Shown one piece after another: positions 59,195 through 64,000 of a DNA stretch of 64,000 nucleotides. The stretch is taken from NCBI GenBank assembly GCA_964517595.1, contig CAZFCG010000002.1, forward strand, positions 23,744-87,743, written 5' to 3'. Every line of letters starts with the position of its first letter. Position 1 is the first letter of the stretch. The notes below the pieces were generated by a model, which saw only the letters and a list, made by a program, of their open reading frames with translations, had not been told where the DNA came from and did not search any database. This DNA is from an uncultured Geobacter sp. (GTDB lineage Bacteria; Desulfobacterota; Desulfuromonadia; Geobacterales; Geobacteraceae). The position numbers and the translations under genes were made by a program.

Positions 59195-60904
59195 ATGGAT
59201 AAGGGATTGAGCGATAAACTTCTTTTTCCCGATACTTTTAATAAAGTGGAAAACAAAGTGTCAAAAACCATATATGTTGTAGGCCACCGGAACCCTGATA
59301 CGGATTCCATTGCGTCGGCTGTCGCCTATGCGGACCTGAAGAGGCGGCTTGGGGAAGGCAACGTGGTCGCCGCCATGTCCGGCTCTCCGAATCCCCAGAC
59401 CCGTTACATCATGGATCGTCTCGGGATCGGATTGCCGGTTCATCTGGCGGATGTACGTCCCGCCGTGCGCCATGTTCTCAAGCGCCCCCCTGTAACCGCC
59501 CATGCTTCCATGACTCTGCGCGAGGCACTGGAGCTTTTCTACCGCCACTCCATCAGGGTCCTTCCGGTGGTGGATAACGAAGGGATGCCCCTTGGTATTG
59601 TCTCCCTCCTGAGGCTGTCGGAAAGATATCTGGTGTCCGGCGCCGGACGGAAGCGGGTGGTCAGGGCCTCATTCCTTGCCCTGGCGAAATGCCTGGACGG
59701 GGAATTCCTTGCCGGCGCCCCCTCGGAAACGGTTGAGGAACTTCACCTCTTCATAGGCGCCATGAGCGAGGATTCCTTTTCGGACAGGCTGGCGGGGTAC
59801 GAGCCTTCCACATTGCTGATCATGACCGGCGACCGTCGTGTCATACAGGAGGCGGCCATTGCCAGGGGGGTGAGAATCCTGGTGATTACGGGAGGTCTGG
59901 GAGTGGACTATGAGATTCTGGAGGCGGCCCGCGACTCGGGTGTCGCGGTTCTTTCAACCGCCCACGACACGGCGACCGCCGCCGGGCTCGTCCGTCTCGC
60001 CGCTCCTCTTGATACCTATCTGGAAAAGGAATTTGCCTGTATCGGGATCGGTGAACCGCTGGAGCACCTGAGGGTGAAGCTCCTTCATTCAGGTGAAACC
60101 GCCATAATCGCGGTGGAAGAGGATGGGGCCGTTGCCGGTGTGGCGACCAAGTCGTCTCTCCTCTCTCCCAGTCCCCATTCCCTGATCCTGGTGGACCATA
60201 ACGAGCTTGGACAGTCCGTTCCTGGCGCCGAGACAGTGGAAATAGTGGAAATAATAGATCACCACAAGCTGGGCAATCCATTCACCACCCAGCCCATTAC
60301 CTTTCTTACCTCGCCGGTTGGGAGCACCTGTACCATCGTCGCATCCCTGTACCGGGATCGGGGTGTGGAACCCGAGGAGAGGATCGCATCGCTTCTCCTG
60401 GCCGGAATCCTTTCCGACACGGTAATCCTCCGTTCCTCCACGACAACCGCCGGGGATAGGGAGATGGTTTCATGGCTTGAAGGCATCTCCGGTCTTGATC
60501 ATCTTCTTTTCGGCAGGGAGATATTTACCGCGTGCAGCGGTTTTTCCGCCCATGGTTCTCTGGAAGGGGCAATCCGTTCGGATTTCAAGCATTTCAGCGC
60601 GGGGGAGGATCTCCTCGGGGTCGGGCAGGTGGAGGTGGTCGGTTTCGATGAGTTCTTCGAGGTCAAGGAGGACCTGTGGGCTGTTCTGAAGCGGATCAAA
60701 AAAGAGGATAGTCTGAGCCTGGCGGGTCTTATGGTGACGGATATCTATTCCGAAACCACCCTTTTTCTTGTGGAAGGGAAGAACGAACTGGCGCATATCA
60801 TGGGGTATCCCCAGCGGGAGCCGCATCTGTATGAGATGAAGGGCGTGATGTCCAGGAAGAAACAGCTGGTGCCCCATCTGCTGAAGGCCCTGGCCGCCCT
60901 CTGA
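59195..60904 (+). CDS. CBS/DRTGG-domain family II (DHH-DHHA2) inorganic pyrophosphatase
   Basis: VGHRNPDTDSIAS, CBS pair, LLIMTGDRRV (DRTGG), VDHNE, IIDHHKLG, DHHA2 C-terminus. Alternative start GTG 59258 (MSKTIYVVGH). Confidence 0.9.
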   Translation: MDKGLSDKLLFPDTFNKVENKVSKTIYVVGHRNPDTDSIASAVAYADLKRRLGEGNVVAAMSGSPNPQTRYIMDRLGIGLPVHLADVRPAVRHVLKRPPVTAHASMTLREALELFYRHSIRVLPVVDNEGMPLGIVSLLRLSERYLVSGAGRKRVVRASFLALAKCLDGEFLAGAPSETVEELHLFIGAMSEDSFSDRLAGYEPSTLLIMTGDRRVIQEAAIARGVRILVITGGLGVDYEILEAARDSGVAVLSTAHDTATAAGLVRLAAPLDTYLEKEFACIGIGEPLEHLRVKLLHSGETAIIAVEEDGAVAGVATKSSLLSPSPHSLILVDHNELGQSVPGAETVEIVEIIDHHKLGNPFTTQPITFLTSPVGSTCTIVASLYRDRGVEPEERIASLLLAGILSDTVILRSSTTTAGDREMVSWLEGISGLDHLLFGREIFTACSGFSAHGSLEGAIRSDFKHFSAGEDLLGVGQVEVVGFDEFFEVKEDLWAVLKRIKKEDSLSLAGLMVTDIYSETTLFLVEGKNELAHIMGYPQREPHLYEMKGVMSRKKQLVPHLLKALAAL

Positions 60905-60959
60905 AGGGTGTGTTTTCGCCGAGGGCGCTTCCGGGGAGTCCTTGCTGGAGTGTAATTGT

Positions 60960-60996
60960 GCAAAAGGCCGGGAGAGTCCGCCTCCCGGCCTTTTGC
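60960..60996 (+). terminator. intrinsic terminator
   Basis: gcaaaaggccggga / tcccggccttttgc, a 14-bp stem with a 9-nt loop. Confidence 0.85.
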
Positions 60997-61372
60997 GCGA
61001 TTTCAATGATTTGCTTCCCTTTACGTGGGGGAATCATCCGGAGGGAATCCAATCCCGCCGGAACATCTGCTGCGTTCAGAATGTGAGACAACGTTCGAGA
61101 ATCATCGCCTCCTTTCTGACTTCAAGAATAGCATGGGATTCCATTGCCGCAACCGGATTTTTTCGGTATGGGATGAATTGAGTTTTTTCCGCCAACAGAA
61201 CGCGCACATTTTTTTCGCGAAGTTGCATATCATTGTCCGAGTATGGTATGGAATTGACGTTCAGAGGAGATGGGCCTCTCTTTCGAACCTGAAGACCGGC
61301 GAAAGGTTTACTTCACTCCCGCCCGTCATATGGAAAAACAAGCAAATCTTTTCCGGACAAAGGAGGTGCCAT

Positions 61373-61861
61373 ATGCCTGTATATGAGTTCTATTGCGTTG
61401 ATTGCCATATGCTTTTCAATTTTCTTTCAAGAAGGGTCAATACGGATAAACGCCCGACCTGCCCCCGGTGCGGACGTCCGGACCTGGAAAGGCGTGTCTC
61501 ACCGTTTGCCGTTTCCTCCGGCAGAACCGATGAGCCTATGGAAGGGATGCCTGATCTGGATGAAGATAAAATGGAAAGGGTCATGGAATCCCTGGCAGGT
61601 GAGATGGAGGGGGTGGATGAGAATGACCCCCGGCAGGTGGCCCGTATCATGCGAAGTTTTTCCGAGGCGACCGGGATGGACCTGGGTCCGGAAGCCGGGG
61701 AGGCAATCCGAAGGCTTGAGGCAGGGGAAGACCCGGAAAAGATTGAGGAGGAAATGGGCGATCTCATGGATACGGAGAGTCCCTTTACCCGGGAAGGGGT
61801 GAAGGGGCTGAAGCGCCGCATGGCGCCGCCGGCCAGGGATGACACCCTCTATCCTTTGTGA
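61373..61861 (+). CDS. FmdB-family zinc-ribbon protein with acidic C-terminal extension
   Basis: AAAGGAGG is 7 nt upstream. MPVYEFYCVDCHMLFNFLSR...CPRCG (CxxC...CxxC). Confidence 0.8.
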   Translation: MPVYEFYCVDCHMLFNFLSRRVNTDKRPTCPRCGRPDLERRVSPFAVSSGRTDEPMEGMPDLDEDKMERVMESLAGEMEGVDENDPRQVARIMRSFSEATGMDLGPEAGEAIRRLEAGEDPEKIEEEMGDLMDTESPFTREGVKGLKRRMAPPARDDTLYPL

Positions 61862-61893
61862 CGGTTCAGCGACGCGCGTGAACTCATGACTTG

Positions 61894-61934
61894 AACGAAA
61901 AACGCCCCGGAGTCATTCCGGGGCGTTTTTCGTT
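61894..61934. terminator. bidirectional intrinsic terminator between convergent genes
   Basis: aacgaaaaacgccccgga-gtcat-tccggggcgtttttcgtt, an 18-bp stem with A/T runs on both sides. It overlaps the purC stop. Confidence 0.9.
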
Positions 61935-62820
61935 ATCTGCTGGATGTAAGCCTGTCCAGCGCTTCGTGGTACTTTTCCGAGGTCTTTCTGATGATATCTT
62001 CTGGAAGCGGAGGCGGAGGGGCCTGTTTGTTCCAGTCCAGCGTTTCCAGGTAATCCCGGAGGAACTGTTTGTCAAAGCTGGGCTGAGAGCTCCCCGGCCG
62101 GTATTCGTCCTTCGGCCAGAAACGGCTGGAATCCGGCGTCAGACACTCGTCTATGAGGATAAGCCGGTTGTCGCGGATGCCGAATTCGAATTTTGTGTCG
62201 GCTATGATGATCCCCCGTTCGGCGGCTGTCTCGCGGGCCGAGGCGTATATGTCCAGTGTGGCTTTACGCGCCTTTTCCGCAATCTCTTTTCCGCACAGTT
62301 CAACCATGCGGTCGAAAGAGATGTTCTCATCGTGCGCCCCTATCTCGGCCTTGGTGGAGGGCGTAAACACCGGCTCTTCGAGTCTGTCCGATTCCACCAG
62401 TCCTGCGGGCAGCCTTATTCCGCATACGGAACCGGTCTCCCGGTACTCCTTCCATCCGGAGCCTGCCAGGTAACCGCGGACGATGCATTCCACGGGCAAT
62501 GGACGGGACTTTTTCACCAGCATGGAACGTCCCCGGAGTATGTCGGCGTATTTCCGGCATGAGGCCGGAAACTCGTCAACATCGGTGGATATAAGGTGGT
62601 GCGGGATGATGTTTTCCATACGGTGGAACCAGAACGCTGCAATGCTGGTCAGCACATGCCCCTTGCCAGGGATCCCTTCGTTCATTATGACGTCAAAGGC
62701 TGATATGCGGTCGGTGGTCACAATTAGGAGTTGATCGCCGAGGTCGTAGATATCACGCACCTTGCCGCGCCCTGCGCGCTTCAGATCGGAAAAGTCGGTT
62801 GCCAAGACAAGATTGGTCAC
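61933..62820 (-). CDS. purC: phosphoribosylaminoimidazole-succinocarboxamide synthase
   Basis: [39 protein letters not shown]. Confidence 0.97.
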   Translation of the reverse strand: MTNLVLATDFSDLKRAGRGKVRDIYDLGDQLLIVTTDRISAFDVIMNEGIPGKGHVLTSIAAFWFHRMENIIPHHLISTDVDEFPASCRKYADILRGRSMLVKKSRPLPVECIVRGYLAGSGWKEYRETGSVCGIRLPAGLVESDRLEEPVFTPSTKAEIGAHDENISFDRMVELCGKEIAEKARKATLDIYASARETAAERGIIIADTKFEFGIRDNRLILIDECLTPDSSRFWPKDEYRPGSSQPSFDKQFLRDYLETLDWNKQAPPPPLPEDIIRKTSEKYHEALDRLTSSR

Positions 62821-62845
62821 TTGAGATTCTCCTTGCTTTCAGTAC

Positions 62846-62888
62846 AAACCGGCCCGGGGATGTCTTGCGGCATCAACCGGGCCGGTCT
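62846..62888 (-). terminator. probable terminator after the ppiD-like gene
   Basis: accggcccgg / ccgggccggt 10-bp stem. On the minus strand it is followed by tttgtact. Confidence 0.5.
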
Positions 62889-62920
62889 GGTTGTGTTGTC
62901 TTTTGAAATACTACTACCGT

Positions 62921-64000
62921 TCAGTCGGTGGTCAAAGCCGGATTGATTACGATCTTTGCTTTGTCCCTCAGCCCCTTCAGCCATTTTTCCACTGCTTCCC
63001 GCTGTTTTACCGGAAGCAGGGACTGTATGAGCTGTTGACGTTCCTTCTGGAAATCAGCGTCCGGGGCCGCAATCCTTTCCTTGAGGCGGATGGCGTACCA
63101 GCGTCCATTGAGCATAAAGGGCTCCGGGAGGGCCGGTGCGTTTTTCGTCAGGTTGAATACCCCTTCCATCAGCTCCCTGGAGTTCCCTATTACGGGAATC
63201 TCGCCCTTTTCAGAGAACTGGAAGCTACCCGTCTCCCGCATGGTCCCGCCAAAGGTCCCTTTCGCCAGTTGAGACTGGGATTCGGTCGCCTTTTTACGTG
63301 CAAGCTCGGCGGATTTTTCGGCGATCACGCGCTTTTCGACTTCGCCGCGTATACTGTCAAGAGGTGGAACAACCGATGGCTTGCGGTTCTTGATCTTGAA
63401 AAGATAGACCCCCTTGGAGGTTTCCAGCGGACCTCCTATCTCCCCCTGTTTCAAGAGGAAGGCCTTTTGCAGAATCGCGGACTCTCCGGCAAGGGATGCG
63501 GGCGGGTTCTGCATGGAGAACATCGGTGTCTCAGTAACCGCCGCGCCGAGCATTCCGGCCGCGGCGTTCAGGTTACCGCTGGCAAGATTCTTGTTGAGCG
63601 CGTCAGCCGCCAGTTCATAGGCATGTTTTGCGGCCTTGAATCGCAGGGCGTCTCCCGTTACCCGTACTTTTACCTCTTCAAAGGGGAGGATGCCTTCCTT
63701 ACCCTGATAACGGTCTATGTTTTTCTGGTAAAAGGTCTGAATCTCCTCAGCGTTCACCGCTACCTTGGAAGCGGTCTTTTCCGGGGTTACCAGAACGTAG
63801 GAAAGGCTGATTTCCTCGCTGGTCCTGAATTCCTTTTCATTTCGCTTCAAGAAGTCGTTCATTTCCTGATCGGTCGCCTTCACTTCCTTTTGAACCTCGG
63901 CCGGCGCAAAGGAAACGAACTGAAGATTCAGCCGGTCATGTTTCCTGGCATAGGCCTGCCGCGCATCCTGGTCGCTGACCTTTACCTCATCCATTATGGA
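62921..64000 (-). CDS. PpiD/SurA-like periplasmic chaperone (peptidyl-prolyl isomerase family), C-terminal part; N-terminus beyond window
   Basis: The frame stays open to position 64000. Sequence resembles PpiD C-terminal chaperone regions (GVYLFKIKNRKPSVVPPLDSIRGEVEKRV, GRWYAIRLKER). Confidence 0.75.
   Translation of the reverse strand, partial: SIMDEVKVSDQDARQAYARKHDRLNLQFVSFAPAEVQKEVKATDQEMNDFLKRNEKEFRTSEEISLSYVLVTPEKTASKVAVNAEEIQTFYQKNIDRYQGKEGILPFEEVKVRVTGDALRFKAAKHAYELAADALNKNLASGNLNAAAGMLGAAVTETPMFSMQNPPASLAGESAILQKAFLLKQGEIGGPLETSKGVYLFKIKNRKPSVVPPLDSIRGEVEKRVIAEKSAELARKKATESQSQLAKGTFGGTMRETGSFQFSEKGEIPVIGNSRELMEGVFNLTKNAPALPEPFMLNGRWYAIRLKERIAAPDADFQKERQQLIQSLLPVKQREAVEKWLKGLRDKAKIVINPALTTD

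Noticed and set aside
61025-61372. N-terminal 116-aa extension of the zinc-ribbon ORF
   Set aside because: There is no start-codon context. The peptide is implausible, and a consensus RBS sits 7 nt before the internal ATG that begins the conserved MPVYEFYC zinc-ribbon N-terminus.

Overview
Densely coding, GC-rich (mid-50s % by eye, not computed) chromosomal segment of a Gram-negative bacterium. LptD, system II cytochrome c biogenesis, a four-subunit 2-oxoacid:ferredoxin oxidoreductase, a MucR-like regulator, a very long MCP and an MglA-like GTPase suggest an anaerobic deltaproteobacterium-like lineage; that is inference only. I support 57 protein-coding genes and 7 tRNA genes in three loci, all with encoded CCA and near-consensus sigma-70 promoters, plus several intrinsic terminators. 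Most of the window is housekeeping: rpoD, rph-rdgB, tig-clpP-clpX-lon, ftsE-ftsX-envC-ctpA, nadC-birA-coaX, lepA-lepB, lptD, trpA-accD-folC, resB-ccsA and purC. I saw no rRNA, CRISPR array, transposase, integrase, phage gene or recognisable defence or toxin-antitoxin gene. No clearly novel multi-gene system is evident. The least ordinary items are listed here. (1) A tight gene string encodes a SPOR protein, a HEAT/LRV-like repeat protein and an orphan MglA-family GTPase. The GTPase appears to have substituted catalytic residues and a ~190-aa acidic tail, and no MglB-like gene is in the window. (2) Two 121-bp MITE-like elements are 109/121 identical, lie in opposite orientation and have terminal inverted repeats; one has a perfect 8-bp target duplication. 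They bracket a 3-gene block (GapN-like ALDH, half-size TauE, KefB-like antiporter). (3) A 171-bp palindromic element is built from CGCAAAG-type units. (4) A ~190-nt rod-like inverted-repeat element (candidate sRNA or MITE) lies in the long gap upstream of rph. (5) A near-perfect sigma-54 promoter precedes an orphan AmiS/UreI-like channel gene, and a good sigma-28 promoter precedes an orphan cheX. All functional calls rest on by-eye motif recognition and none was checked against a database.
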